This document shows positions 30,001 through 45,000 of a DNA stretch of 64,000 bases, piece after piece. The DNA is from Leucoraja ocellata. Lineage: Eukaryota. Numbering within the stretch: position 1 is the stretch's first letter; each line of letters opens with the position of its first letter. A model generated the notes under the pieces. The model worked only from the letters and a program-made list of their open reading frames with translations. It was not told the origin of the DNA and did no database searches. The stretch is taken from positions 434,001 to 498,000 of the forward strand of contig JAWMAR010000864.1 in NCBI GenBank assembly GCA_036785375.1. The letters run 5' to 3'. Both the position numbers and the translations under genes were made by a program.

Positions 30001-33000
30001 AAAGGTTGAAATTTAAATGTTCAAGTTTAGGCAACCTTTAAAAACCCACCAACCACAACAACAACTGGGCATGCACCTAGTAAACTCCTCCCACTTGCCC
30101 TCCATCTACATTCCTTTTTCTGGCTTCAAATTTGCAACTCTTCAATCGTTTCCCCCAGACTTTATGTTTTTTCGTCTCTGGCCTTTGTCCAACCTTCTGC
30201 GTATCTAAACTCCACCTCACCTGTGTCCACCTATTAATGACGTGCTTTGTACTGCCTCCCTTCTCTTACAGCTTTCTTCTCCCCCCACCACCCCACAATC
30301 TGTCTGAAGAAGGATTTTGAGCTGAAATGTCACCCATTCACGTTCTCCAGTGATGCTGCCTGACCCGCTGAGTTACTCTAGCACTTTGTTTCTTCTAAAA
30401 AAGCATGCAACTTTTTAATTGGGTATTTTTTTCCCTCTCCTTGAACATTTATCAGGAAGAAAACCCTTTTTTGAGTGGGTCATACCAGTGAGGCAGTGTG
30501 TTTGTGCAAAGGCAGGCTCCGAAGAGCAAGACTGTGAATGAATTTAAGGTTTGCTTTCTCAGATCCTATAGGATATCATGCCTGGTTGTCCCCGATCTAA
30601 ATATGTAAATACCAAAGAACTTGTCTATAAATCAATAGTTACTGTAGATTGGACAAATACAATATGAAGAAAAACACCAAGGAATATTTTGATAAGTACC
30701 GTCTACATAAAGGCTGTTGCTTTGCAGTTCGTATGGCCCCAGTGAGGAAATGTCTTTGGTCATCTCGCTAAATTCATCATAAACATCTTCTCGGTTGATG
30801 GGTTCCATGGTGGACACATTTTGAAATAAACATTCAGCTGTCACTCTGGTGCTGTTAACCATTTCCTCTCTGCGATAAAGCAAAACACATTTGTGATAAG
30901 TGTAAAAGAATTTAGTGCAAAGTTGTTTGCAATGCCAGCAAGAGCACAGCTGAAATGTTGCCATGGCTCATTACTGGTGTCTAAGCAATGGTCAGAGAAA
31001 TCTGAATCTCAATTTGTCCGTCTCCAGCCCATCCATAGCCAGAGGGAGACCATATTTAAGTTGGAGGAAAATCATCTCATTATCTGATGTGTGGATTTGG
31101 AGCTTAACAATATGAATCATTTTACGTGTCAACCTACAAACTAACTGTATGAATAATGAGTTGTTCAATTTTACGTGTCAACCTACAAATGCCCCTCTAC
31201 CCCACAATTCCCACCCCCCACTCTTCCCTGTGCTACATTTGAATATGCACCCATTTTTCCCTTTTCCCTTCACCCCTTCCCTACCCCCATTCTCCTCTTC
31301 CACTATGCCTCCTCAACTTTCATGATTAATTTGACTTCTATGCCTAACTTGCTATGTTGAACCTTTTGTCTTCTCATCTCAGGATTTTCTGTAACCATTT
31401 GCCAATCAACTGCTCCCTCCCCATCACTTGTATCCCCGTATCACTTGCCACACTTTGTCATCCCCTTCCCACCTCTCTTGCAGCTTTCTCACCCCTACTG
31501 CAATCAGTCTGAAGTAGGGCCCGACCAAAAACTCTGCCAAGCCATGTTCTCCAGATTTGCCGACTGACCCGCTGAGATACTCCAGCACATCGTGTCTTTT
31601 TCTGTTAGAATTTATATTGACTTTGCACTGATATTTGTCGGAAATGTGTTTATGAGATTATCATCTTTACCATTTGGAATCACTGTGCATTAACAATTTG
31701 GAGACAAAGGAATGCAATTTTCATGATTTAATTGGAAATTTTTTTGTGAGTTACCTGAATGATTTCACGTCACATTTTAAGAATGTTGCATTGACACTGC
31801 TGTTCTCAAACAGGTCTGTGAGCTGGGGACAAGAAAAATTGTGTTAGAATTAGACATAAAAAGGAGATGAATAAGTAGTATATCAGCAGAAAACTAATTG
31901 GTAAACTCTCTCACCTCATTTGCAATCATGGTTGTTGTTTCTGAAGGGTTTGCTTGAATTTCTTCAATAGACAGATTGTCAACAATGAAAGTCACGTTGT
32001 ATTTAATGGGATTTGTTACCTCGGTTGGAACTGGAAGTGTGGAAATAGAGTAAGCAATTTAGCATGTTGTGAGTACCACGATTTTCAAATAGTTTAAAAA
32101 CTGTTTCCTAGTACTGGATTTCTACAGAGTTTAAGCAACAGATTGAGAAGAACAAATGTAGTGTTAGACAATTATTTCATGCATTTGATACAAACTCACC
32201 ATTGACATTGTGCTGTACATTGAAATCTGAAAACAAACAGAGAAATATAAGTTGAAGTTTAAATGTTCAAGTTTAGGCAACCTTTAAAAACCCACCAACC
32301 ACAACAACAACTGGGCATACATCTAGTAAACTCCTCCCGCTTGCCCTCCATCTACATTCCTTTTTCTGGCTTCAAATTTGCAACTCTTCAATCCTTTTCC
32401 CTCAGACTTTATGTTTTTTCGTCTCTGGCCTTTGTCCAACCTTCTGCGTATCTAAACTCCACCTCACCTGTGTCCACCTATTAATGACGTGCTTTGTACT
32501 GCCTCCCTTCTCTTAAAGCTTTCTTCTCACCCCACAAACAGTCAGAAGAAGGATTTTGAGCTGAAATGTCACCCATTCACGTTCTCTAGTGATGCTGCCT
32601 GACTCCCTGAGTTACTCTAGCACTTTGTTTCTTCTAAAGAAGCATGCAACTTTTTAATCGGGTATTTTTTGCCTCTCCTTGAACATTTATCAGGAAGAAA
32701 ACCCTTTTTTGAGTGGGTCATACCAGTGAGGCAGTGTGTTTGTGCAAAAGCAGGCTCCGAAGAGCAAGACTGTGAATGATTTTAAGGTTTGCTTTCTCAG
32801 ATCCTATAGGATATCATGCCTGGTTGTCCCTGATCTAAATATGTAAATAACAAAGAACTTGTCTATAAATCAATAGTTACCGTTGTATTGGACAAATACA
32901 ATATGAAGAAAAACACCAAGGAATATTTTGATAAGTACCGTCTACATAGAGGCTGTTGCTTTGCAGTTCGTATGGCCCCAGTGAGGAAATGTCTTTGGTC

Positions 33001-36000
33001 ATCTCGCTAAATTCATCATAAACATCTTCTCGGTTGATGGGTTCGATGGTGGACACATTTTGAAATAAACATTCGGCTGTCACTCTGGTGCTGTTAACCA
33101 TTTCCTCTCTGCGATAAAGCAAAAGACATTTGTGATAAGTGTAAAAGAATTTAGTGCAAAGTTGTTTGCAATGCCAGCAAGAGCACAGCTGAAATGTTGC
33201 CGTGGTGCATTACTGGTGTCTAAGCAATGGTCAGAGAAATCTGACTCTCAATTTGTCCATCTCCAGCCCATCTATAGCCAGAGGGAGACCATATTTAAGT
33301 TGGAGGAAAATCATATCATTATCTGATGTGTGGATTCGGAGCTTAACAACATGAATCATTACACGTGACAACCTACAAACTAACTGTATGAACAATGAGT
33401 TGTTCAATTTTACGTGTCAACCTACAAATGCCCTTCTACCCCACAATTTCCTCCCCACTCTTCCCTGTGCTACACTTGAATATGCACCCATTTTCCCCTT
33501 TTCCCTTCACCCCTTCCCTACCCCCATTCTCCTCTTCCACTATGCCTCCTCAACTTTCATGATTAATTTGACTTCTATGCCTAACTTCCTATATTGAACC
33601 TTTTGTCTTCTCATCTCAGGATTTTCTGTAACCATTTGCCAATCAACTGCTCCCTCCCCATCACTTGTATCCCCGTATCACTTGCCACACTTTGTCATCC
33701 CCTTCCCACCTCTCTTGCAGCTTTCTCACCCCTACTGCAATCAGTCTGAAGTAGGGCCCGACCAAAAACTCTGCCAACCCATGTTCTCCAGATTTGCCGA
33801 CTGACCCGCTGAGATACTCCAGCACATCGTGTCTTATTCTGTTAGAATTTATATTGACTTTGCACTGATATTTGTAGGAAATGTGTTTATGAGATTATCA
33901 TCTTTACCATTTGGAATCACTGTGCATTAACTATTTGGAGACAAAGGAATGCAATTTTCATGATTTAATTGAACATTTTTTTGTGAGTTACCTGAATGAT
34001 TTCACGTCACATTTTAAGAATGTTGCATTGACACTGCTGTTCTCAAACAGGTCTGTGAGCTGGGGGCAAGAAAAATGGTGTTAGAATTAGACATAAAAAG
34101 GGGATGAATAAGTAGTATATCAGCAGAAAACTAATTGGTAAACTCTCTCACCTCATTTGCAATCATGGTTGCTGTTTCTGAAGGGTTTGCTTGAATTTCT
34201 TCAATAGACAGATTGTCAACAATGAAAGTCACGTTGTATTTAATGGGATTTGTTACCTCAGTTGGAACTGGAACTGTGGAAATAGAGTAAGCAATTTAGC
34301 ATGTTGTGAGTACCTCAATTTTCAAATAGTTTAAAAACTGTTTCCTAGTACTGGATTTCTACAGAGTTTAAGCAACAGGTTGAGAAGAACAAATGTAGCT
34401 TAAGACAATTATTTCATGCATTTGATACAAACTCACCATTGACATTGTGCTGTACATTGAAATCTGAAAACACACAGAGAAATATAAGTTGAACTTTAAA
34501 TGTTCAAGTTTAGGCAACCTTTAAAAACCCACCAACCACAACAACAACTGGGCATGCACCTAGTAAACTCCTCCCACTTGCCCTCCATCTACATTCCTTT
34601 TTCTGGCTTCAAATTTGCAACTCTTCAATCCTTTTCCCTCAGACTTTATGTTTTTTCGTCTCTGGCCTTTGTCCAACCTTCTGCGTATCTAAACTCCACC
34701 TCACCTGTGTCCACCTATTAATGACGTGCTTTGTACTGCCTCCCTTCTCTTACAGCTTTCTTCTCCCCCCACCACCCCACAATCTGCCTGAAGAAGGATT
34801 TTGTGCTGAAATGCCACCCATTCACGTTCTCCAGTGATGCTGTCTGACCCGCTGAGTTACTCTAGCACTTTGTTTCTTCTAAAAAAGCATGCAACTTTTT
34901 AATCGGGTATTTTTTTCCCTCTCCTTGAATATTTATCAGGAAGAAAACCCTTTTTTGAGTGGGTCATACCAGTGAGGCAGTGTGTTTGTGCAAAGGCAGG
35001 CTCCGAAGAGCAAGACTGTGAATGAATTTAAGGTTTGCTTTCTCAGATCCTATAGGATATCATGCCTGGTTGTCCCCGATCTAAATATGTAAATACCAAA
35101 GAACTTGTCTATAAATCAATAGTTACTGTAGATTGGACAAATACAATATGAAGAAAAACACCAAGGAATATTTTGATAAGTACCGTCTACATAGAGGCTG
35201 TTGCTTTGCAGTTCGTATGGCCCCAGTGAGGAAATGTCTTTGGTCATCTCGCTAAATTCATCATAAACATCTTCTCGGTTGATGGGTTCCATGGTGGACA
35301 CATTTTGAAATAAACATTCGGCTGTCACTCTGGTGCTGTTAACCATTTCCTCTCTGCGATAAAGCAAAAGACATTTGTGATAAGTGTAAAAGAATTTAGT
35401 GCAAAGTTGTTTGCAATGCCAGCAAGAGCACAGCTGAAATGTTGCCGTGGCTCATTACTGGTGTCTAAGCAATGGTCAGAGAAATACGACTCTCAATCTG
35501 TCCGTCTCTAGCCCATCTATAGTCCGAGGGAGACCATATTTAAGTTGGAGGAAAATCATCTTATTATCTGATGTGTGGATTTGGAGCTTAACAACATGAA
35601 TCATTTTACGTGTCAACCTACAAACTAACTGTATGAACAATGAGTTGTTCAATTTTACCTGTCAACCTACAAATGCCCCTCTACCCCACAAACGTTTTCC
35701 CCACTCTTCCCTGTGCTACACTTGAATGTGCACACATTTTCCCCTTTTCCCTTCACTCCTTCCCTACCCCATTCTCCACTTCCACTATGCTTCCTCAACT
35801 TTTATAATTAATTTGTCTTTTATGCCTATCTCCCTATATTAAACATAGAAACATAGAAAATAGGTGCAGGAGTAGGCCATTCGGCCCTTCGAGCCTGCAC
35901 CGCCATTCAATATGATCATGGTTGATCATCCAACTCAGTATGCTGTTCCTGCCTTCTCTCCATGCCCCCTGATCCCTTTAGCCAGAAGGGCCACATCTAA

Positions 36001-39000
36001 CTCCCTCTTAAATATAGCAAATGAACTGGCCTCAACTACCTTCTGCGGCAGAGAATTCCAGAGATTCACCACTCTCTGTGTGAATATTGAACCCTTTGTC
36101 TTCTCATCTCAGGATTTTCTGTAACCATTTGCCAATCAACTGCTCCCTCCCCATCACTTGTATCCCCGTATCACTTGCCACACATTGTCATCCCCTTCCC
36201 ACCTCTCTTGCAGCTTTCTCACCCCTACTGCAATCAGTCTGAAGTAGGGCCCGACCAAAAACTCTGCCAACCCATGTTCTCCAGATTTGCCGACTGACCC
36301 GCTGAGATACTCCAGCACATCGTGTCTTTCTCTGTTAGAATTTATGTTGACTTTGCACTGGTATTTGTAGGAAATGTGTTTATGAGATTATCTTCTTTAC
36401 CATTTGGAATCACTGTGCATTAACAATTTGGAGACAAAGGAATGCAATTTTCATGATTTAATTGGAAATTTTTTTGTGAGTTACCTGAATGATTTCACGT
36501 CACATTTTAAGAATGTTGCATTGACACTGCTGTTCTCAAACAGGTCTGTGAGCTGGGGGCAAGAAAAATTGTGTTAGAATTAGACATAAAAAGGGGATGA
36601 ATAAGTAGTATATCAGCAGAAAACTAATTGGTAAACTCTCTCACCTCATTTGCAATCATGGTTGCTGTTTCTGAAGGGTTTGCTTGAATTTCTTCAATAG
36701 ACAGATTGTCAACAATGAAAGTCACGTTGTATTCAATGGGATTTGTTACCTCGGTTGGAACTGGAACTGTGGAAATAGAGTAAGCAATTTAGCATGTTGT
36801 GAGTACCACGATTTTCAAATAGTTTAAAAACTGTTTCCCAGTACTCGATTTCTACAGAGTTTAAGCAACAGATGGAGAAGAACAAATGTAGCTTAAGACA
36901 ATTATTTCATGCATTTGATAAAAACTCACCATTGACATTGTGCTGTACATTGAAATCTGAAAACAAACAGAGAAATAAAGGTTGAAATTTAAATGTTCAA
37001 GTTTAGGCAACCTTTAAAAACCCACCAACCACAACAACAACTGGGCATGCACCTAGTAAACTCCTCCCCCTTGCCCTCCATCTACATTCCTTTTTTCTGG
37101 CTTCAAATTTGCAACTCTTCAATCCTTTCCCCCAGACTTTATGTTTTTTCGTCTCTGGCCTTTGTCCAACCTTCTGCGTATCTAAACTCCACCTCACCTG
37201 TGCCCACCTATTAATGACGTGCTTTGTACGGCCTCCTTTCTATTACAGCTTTCTTCTCCCCCCACCACCCCACAATCTGTCTGAAGAAGGATTTTGAGCT
37301 GAAATGTCACCCATTCACGTTCTCCAGTGATGCTACCTGACCCGCTGAGTTACTCTAGCAATTTGTTTCTTCTAAAAAAGCATGCAACCTTTTAATCGGG
37401 TATTTTTTTGCCTCTCCTTGAACATTTATCAGGAGGAAAACCCTTTTTTGAGTGGGTCATACCAGTGAGGCAGTGTGTTTGTGCAAAAGCAGGCTCCGAA
37501 GAGCAAGACTGTCAATGAATTTAAAGTTTGCTTTCTCAGATCCTATAGGATATCATGCCTGGTTGTCCCTGATCTAAATATGTAAATACCAAAGAACTTG
37601 TCTATAAATCAATAGTTACCGTAGATTGGACAAATACAATATGAAGAAAAACACCAAGGAATATTTTGATAAGTACCGTCTACATAGAGGCTGTTGCTTT
37701 GCAGTTCGTATGGCCCCAGCGAGGAAATGTCTTTGGTCATCTCGCTAAATTCATCATAAACATCTTCTCGGTTGATGGGTTCCATGGTGGACACATTTTG
37801 AAATAAACATTCAGCTGTCACTCTGGTGCTGTTAACCATTTCCTCTCTGCGATAAAGCAAAAGACATTTGTGATAAGTGTAAAAGAATTTAGTGCAAAGT
37901 TGTTTGCTATGCCAGCAAGAGCACAGCTGAAATGTTGCCGTGGCTCATTACTAGTGTCTAGGCAATGGTCAGAGAAATCTGACTCAATTTGTCCATCTCC
38001 AGCCCATCTATAGCCAGAGGGAAACCATATTGAAGTTGGAGGAAAATCATCTCATTATCTGATGTGTGGATTTGGAGCTTAACAACATGAATCATTTTAC
38101 GTGACAACCTACAAACTAACTGTATGAACAATGAGTTGTTCAATTTTACGTGTCAACCTACAAATGCCCCTCTACCCCACACATTTTTGCCCACTCTTCC
38201 CTGTGCTACACTTGAATGTGCACCCATTTTCCCCTTTTCCCTTCACTCCTTCCCTACCCCATTCTCCACTTCCACTATGCTTCCTCAACTTTGATAATTA
38301 ATTTGTCTTTTATGCCTAACTTCCTATATTAAACATAGAAAATAGGTGCAGGAATAGGCCATTCGGCCCTTCGAGCCGGCACCGCCATTCAATATGATCA
38401 TGGTTGATCATCCAACTCAGTATCCTGTACCTGCCTTCTCTCCATGCCCCCTGATCCCTTTAGCCAAGAGGGCCACATCTAACTCCCTCTTAAATATAGC
38501 CAATAAACTGGCCTCAACTACCTTCTGCAGCAGAGAATTCCAGAGATTCACCACTCTCTGTGTGAATATTGAACCCTTTGTCTTCTCATCTTAGGATTTT
38601 CTGTAACCATTTGCCAATCAACTGCTCCCTCCCCATCACTTGTATCCCCGTATCACTTGCCACACTTTGTCATCCCCTTCCCACCTCTCTTGCAGCTTTC
38701 TCACCCTACTGCAATCAGTCTGAAGTAGGGCCCGACCGAAAACTCTGCCACCCCATGTTCTCCAGATTTGCCGACTCACCCACTGAGATACTCCAGCACA
38801 TCGTGTCTTTTTCTGTTAGAATTTATATTGACTTCGCACTGATATTTGTAGGAAATGTGTTTATGAGATTATCATCTTTACCATTTGGAATCACTGTGCA
38901 TTAACAATTTGGAGACAAAGGAATACAATTTTCATGATTTAATTGGACATTTTTTTGTGAGTTACCTGAATGATTTCACGTCACATTTTAAGAATGTTGC

Positions 39001-42000
39001 ATTGACACTGCTGTTCTCAAACAGATCTGTGAGCTGGGGACAAGAAAAATTGTGTTAGAATTAGACATAAAAAGGGGATGAATAAGTAGTATATCAGCAG
39101 AAAACTAATTGGTAAACTCTCTCACCTCATTTGAAATCATGGTTGCTGTTTCTGAAGGGTTTGCTTGAATTTCTTCAATAGACAGATTGTCAACAATGAA
39201 AGTCACGTTGTATTTAATGGGATTTGTTACCTCGGTTGGAACTGGAACTGTGGAAATAGAGTAAGCAATTTAGCATGTTGTGAGTACCACGATTATCAAA
39301 TAGTTTAAAAACTTTTTCCCAGTACTGGATTTCTACAGAGTTTAAGCAAGAGATGGAGAAGAACAAATGTAGCATAAGACAATTATTTCATGCATTTGAT
39401 ACAAACTCACCATTGACATTGTGCTGTACATTGAAATCTGAAAACAAACAGAGAAATAAAGGTTGAAATTTAAATGTTCAAGTTTAGGCAACCTTTAAAA
39501 ACCCACCAACCCAACAACAACTGGGCATGCACCTAGTAAACTCCTCCCACTTGCCCCCCATGGACATTCCTTTTTCTGGCTTCAAATTTACAACTCTTCA
39601 ATCCTTTCCCCCAGACTTTAGGTTTTTTCGTCTCTGGCCTTTGTCCAACCTTCTGCGTATCTAAACTCCACCTCACCTGTGTCCACCTATTAATGACGTG
39701 CTTTGTACTGCCTCCCTTCTCTTACAGCTTTCTTCTCCCCCCACCACCCCACAATCTGTCTGAAGAAGGATTTTGAGCTGAAATGTCACCCATTCACGTT
39801 CTCCAGTGATGCTGCCTGATCCGCTGAGTTACTCTAGCACTTTGTTTCTTCTAAAGAAGCATGCAACTTTTTAATCGGGTATTTTTTCCCTTTCCTTGAA
39901 CATTTATCAGGAAGAAAATCCTTTTGTGAGTGGGTCATACCAGTGAGGCAGTTTGTTTGTGCAAAAGCAGGCTCCGAAAAGCAAGACTGTGAATGATTTT
40001 AAGGTTTGCTTTCTCAGATCCTATAGGATATCATGCCTGGTTGTCCCTGATCTAAATATGTAAATACCAAAGAACTTGTCTATAAATCAATAGTTACTGT
40101 AGATTGGACAAATACAATATGAAGAAAAACACCAAAGAATATTTTGATAAGTACCGTCTACATAGAGACTGTTGCTTTGCAGTTCGTATGGCCCCAGTGA
40201 GGAAATGTCTTTGGTCATCTCGTTAAATTCATCATAAACATCTTCTCGGTTGATGGGTTCCATGGTGGACACATTTTGAAATAAACATTCAGCTGTCACT
40301 CTGGTGCTGTTAACCATTTCCTCTCTGCGATAAAGCAAAAGACATTTGTGATAAGTGTAAAAGAATAAAGTGCAAAGTTGTTTGCAATGCCAGCAAGAGC
40401 ACATCTGAAATGTTGCCATGACTCATTACTGGTGTCTAAGCAATGGTCAGAGAAATCTGACTCTCAATTTGTCCGTCTCTAGCCCATCTATAGTCCGAGG
40501 GAGACCATATTTAAGTTGGAGGAAAATCATCTCATTATTTAATGTGTGGATTTGGAGTTTAACAACATGAATCATTTTACCTGACAACCTACAAACTAAC
40601 TGTATGAACAATGAGTTGTTCAATTTTACGTGTCAACCTACAAATGCCCTTCTACCCCACAATTTCCTCCCCACTCTTCCCTGTGCTACACTTGAATATG
40701 CACCCATTTCCCCTTTTCCCTTCACCCCTTCCCTACCCCCATTCTCCTCTTCCACTATGCTTCCTCAACTTTCATGATTAATTTGACTTCTATGCCTAAC
40801 TTCCTATATTGAACCTTTTGTCTTCCCATCTCAGGATTTTCTGTAACCATTTGCCAATCAACTGCTCCCTCCCCATCACTTGTATCCCCGTATCACTTGC
40901 CACACTTTGTCATCCCCTTCCCACGTCTCTTGCAGCTTTCTCACCCCTACTGCAATCAGTCTGAAGTAGGGCCCGACCGAAAACTCTGCCAACTCATGTT
41001 CTCCATATTTGCCGACTGACCCACTGAGATACTCCAGCACATCGTGTCTTATTCTGTTAGAATTTATATTGACTTCGCACTGATATTTGTAGGAAATGTG
41101 TTTATGAGATTATCATCTTTACCATTTGGAATCACTGTGCATTAACAATTTGGAGACAAAGGAATACAATTTTCATGATTTAATTGGAATTTTTTTTGTG
41201 AGTTACCTGAATGATTTCACGTCACATTTTAAGAATGTTGCATTGACACTGCTGTTCTCAAACAGATCTGTGAGCTGGGGACAAGAAAAATTGTGTTAGA
41301 ATTAGACATAAAAAGGGGATGAATAAGTAGTATATCAGCAGAAAACTAATTGGTAAACTCTCTCACCTCATTTGAAATCATGGTTGCTGTTTCTGAAGGG
41401 TTTGCTTGAATTTCTTCAATAGACAGATTGTCAACAATGAAAGTCACGTTGTATTTAATGGGATTTGTTACCTCGGTTGGAACTGGAACTGTGGAAATAG
41501 AGTAAGCAATTTAGCATGTTGTGAGTACCACGATTATCAAATAGTTTAAAAACTTTTTCCCAGTACTGGATTTCTACAGAGTTTAAGCAAGAGATGGAGA
41601 AGAACAAATGTAGCATAAGACAATTATTTCATGCATTTGATACAAACTCACCATTGACATTGTGCTGTACATTGAAATCTGAAAACAAACAGAGAAATAA
41701 AGGTTGAAATTTAAATGTTCAAGTTTAGGCAACCTTTAAAAACCCACCAACCCAACAACAACTGGGCATGCACCTAGTAAACTCCTCCCACTTGCCCCCC
41801 ATGGACATTCCTTTTTCTGGCTTCAAATTTACAACTCTTCAATCCTTTCCCCCAGACTTTAGGTTTTTTCGTCTCTGGCCTTTGTCCAACCTTCTGCGTA
41901 TCTAAACTCCACCTCACCTGTGTCCACCTATTAATGACGTGCTTTGTACTGCCTCCCTTCTCTTACAGCTTTCTTCTCCCCCCACCACCCCACAATCTGT

Positions 42001-45000
42001 CTGAAGAAGGATTTTGAGCTGAAATGTCACCCATTCACGTTCTCCAGTGATGCTGCCTGATCCGCTGAGTTACTCTAGCACTTTGTTTCTTCTAAAGAAG
42101 CATGCAACTTTTTAATCGGGTATTTTTTCCCTTTCCTTGAACATTTATCAGGAAGAAAATCCTTTTGTGAGTGGGTCATACCAGTGAGGCAGTTTGTTTG
42201 TGCAAAAGCAGGCTCCGAAAAGCAAGACTGTGAATGATTTTAAGGTTTGCTTTCTCAGATCCTATAGGATATCATGCCTGGTTGTCCCTGATCTAAATAT
42301 GTAAATACCAAAGAACTTGTCTATAAATCAATAGTTACTGTAGATTGGACAAATACAATATGAAGAAAAACACCAAAGAATATTTTGATAAGTACCGTTT
42401 ACATAGAGACTGTTGCTTTGCAGTTCGTATGGCCCCAGTGAGGAAATGTCTTTGGTCATCTCGTTAAATTCATCATAAACATCTTCTCGGTTGATGGGTT
42501 CCATGGTGGACACATTTTGAAATAAACATTCAGCTGTCACTCTGGTGCTGTTAACCATTTCCTCTCTGCGATAAAGCAAAAGTCATTTGTGATAAGTGTA
42601 AAAGAATTTAGTGCAAAGTTGTTTGCAATGCCAGCAAGAGCACAGCTGAAATGTTGCCGTGGCTCTTTACTGGTGATAAAGCAATGGTCAGAGAAATCCG
42701 ACTCTCAACTTGTCCGTCTCCAGCCCATCTATAGTCAGAGGGAGACCATATTTAAGTTGGAGGAAAATCACCTCATTATCTGGTGTGTGGATTTGGAGTT
42801 TAACAACATGAATCATTTTACCTGACAACCTACAAACTAACTGTATGAACAATGAGTTGTTCAATTTTACGTGTCAACCTACAAATGCCCTTCTACCCCA
42901 CAATTTCCTCCCCACTCTTCCCTGTGCTACACTTGAATATGCACCCATTTCCCCTTTTCCCTTCACCCCTTCCCTACCCCCATTCTCCTCTTCCACTATG
43001 CTTCCTCAACTTTCATGATTAATTTGACTTCTATGCCTAACTTCCTATATTGAACCTTTTGTCTTCCCATCTCAGGATTTTCTGTAACCATTTGCCAATC
43101 AACTGCTCCCTCCCCATCACTTGTATCCCCGTATCACTTGCCACACTTTGTCATCCCCTTCCCACGTCTCTTGCAGCTTTCTCACCCCTACTGCAATCAG
43201 TCTGAAGTAGGGCCCGACCGAAAACTCTGCCAACTCATGTTCTCCATATTTGCCGACTGACCCACTGAGATACTCCAGCACATCGTGTCTTATTCTGTTA
43301 GAATTTATATTGACTTCGCACTGATATTTGTAGGAAATGTGTTTATGAGATTATCATCTTTACCATTTGTAATCACTGTGCATTAACAATTTGGAGACAA
43401 AGGAATGCAATTTTCATGATTTAATTGGAATTTTTTTTGTGAGTTACCTGAATGATTTCACGTCACATTTTAAGAATGTTGCATTGACACTGCTGTTCTC
43501 AAACAGGTCTGTGAGCTGGGGGCAAGAAAAATTGTGTTAGAAATAGACATAAAAAGGGGATGAATAAGTAGTATATCAATAGAAAACTAATTGGTAAACT
43601 CTCTCACCTCATTTGCAATCATGGTTGCTGTTTCTGAAGGGTTTGCTTGAATTTCTTCTATAGACAGATTGTCAACAATGAAAGTCACGTTGTATTTAAT
43701 GGGATTTGTTACCTCGGTTGGAACTGGAAGTGTGGAAATAGAGTAAGCAATTTAGCATGTTGTGAGTACCACGATTATCAAATAGTTTAAAAACTTTTTC
43801 CCAGTACTGGATTTCTACAGAGTTTAAGCAACAGATGGAGAAGAACAAATGTAGCTTAAGACAAGTATTTCATGCATTTGATACAAACTCACCATTGACA
43901 TTGTGCTGTACATTGAAATCTGAAAACAAACAGAGAAATAAAGGTTGAAATTTAAATGTTCAAGTTTAGGCAACCTTTAAAAACCCACCAACCACAACAA
44001 CAACTGGGCATGCACCTAGTAAACTCCTCCCACTTGCCCTCCATCTACATTCCTTTTTATGGCTTCAAATTTGCAACTCTTCAATCATTTTCCCCCAGAC
44101 TTTATGTTTTTTCGTCTCTGGCCTTTGTCCAACCTTCTGCGTCTCTAAACTCCACCTCACCTGTGTCCATCTATTAATGACGTGCTTTGTACTGCCTCCC
44201 TTCTCTTACAGCTTTCTTCTCACCCCACAATCAGTCGGAAGAAGGATTTTGAGCTGAAATGTCACCCATTCACCTCTCCGGTGATGCTGCCTGACCCGCT
44301 GAGTTACTCTAGCACTTTGTTTCTTCTAAAGAAGCATGCAACTTTTTAATCGGTTATTTTTTTCCCTCTTCTTGATTATTTATCAGGAAGAAAATCCTTT
44401 TGTGAGTGGGTCATACCAGTGAGGCAGTGTGTTTGTGCAAAGGCAGGCTTCGAAGAGCAAGACTGTGAATGAATTTAAGGTTTGCTTTCTCAGATCCTAT
44501 AGGATATCATGCCTGGTTGTCCCCAATCTAAATATGTAAATACCAAAGAACTTGTCTATAAATTAATAGTTACTGTAGATTGGACAAATACAATTTGAAG
44601 AAAAACACCAAGGAATATTTTGATAAGTACCGTCTACATAGAGGCTGTTGCTTTGCAGTTCGTATGGCCCCAGTGAGGAAATGTCTTTGGTCATCTCGCT
44701 AAATTCATCATAAACATCTTCTCGGTTGATGGGTTCCATGGTGGACACATTTTGAAATAAACATTCAGCTGTCACTCTGGTGCTGTTAACCATTTCCTCT
44801 CTGCGATAAAGCAAAAGACATTTGTGATAAGTGTAAAAGAATAAAGTGCAAAGTTGTTTGCAATGCCAGCAAGAGCACATCTGAAATGTTGCCATGACTC
44901 ATTACTGGTGTCTAAGCAATGGTCAGAGAAATCTGACTCTCAATTTGTCCGTCTCTAGCCCATCTATAGTCCGAGGGAGACCATATTTAAGTTGGAGGAA

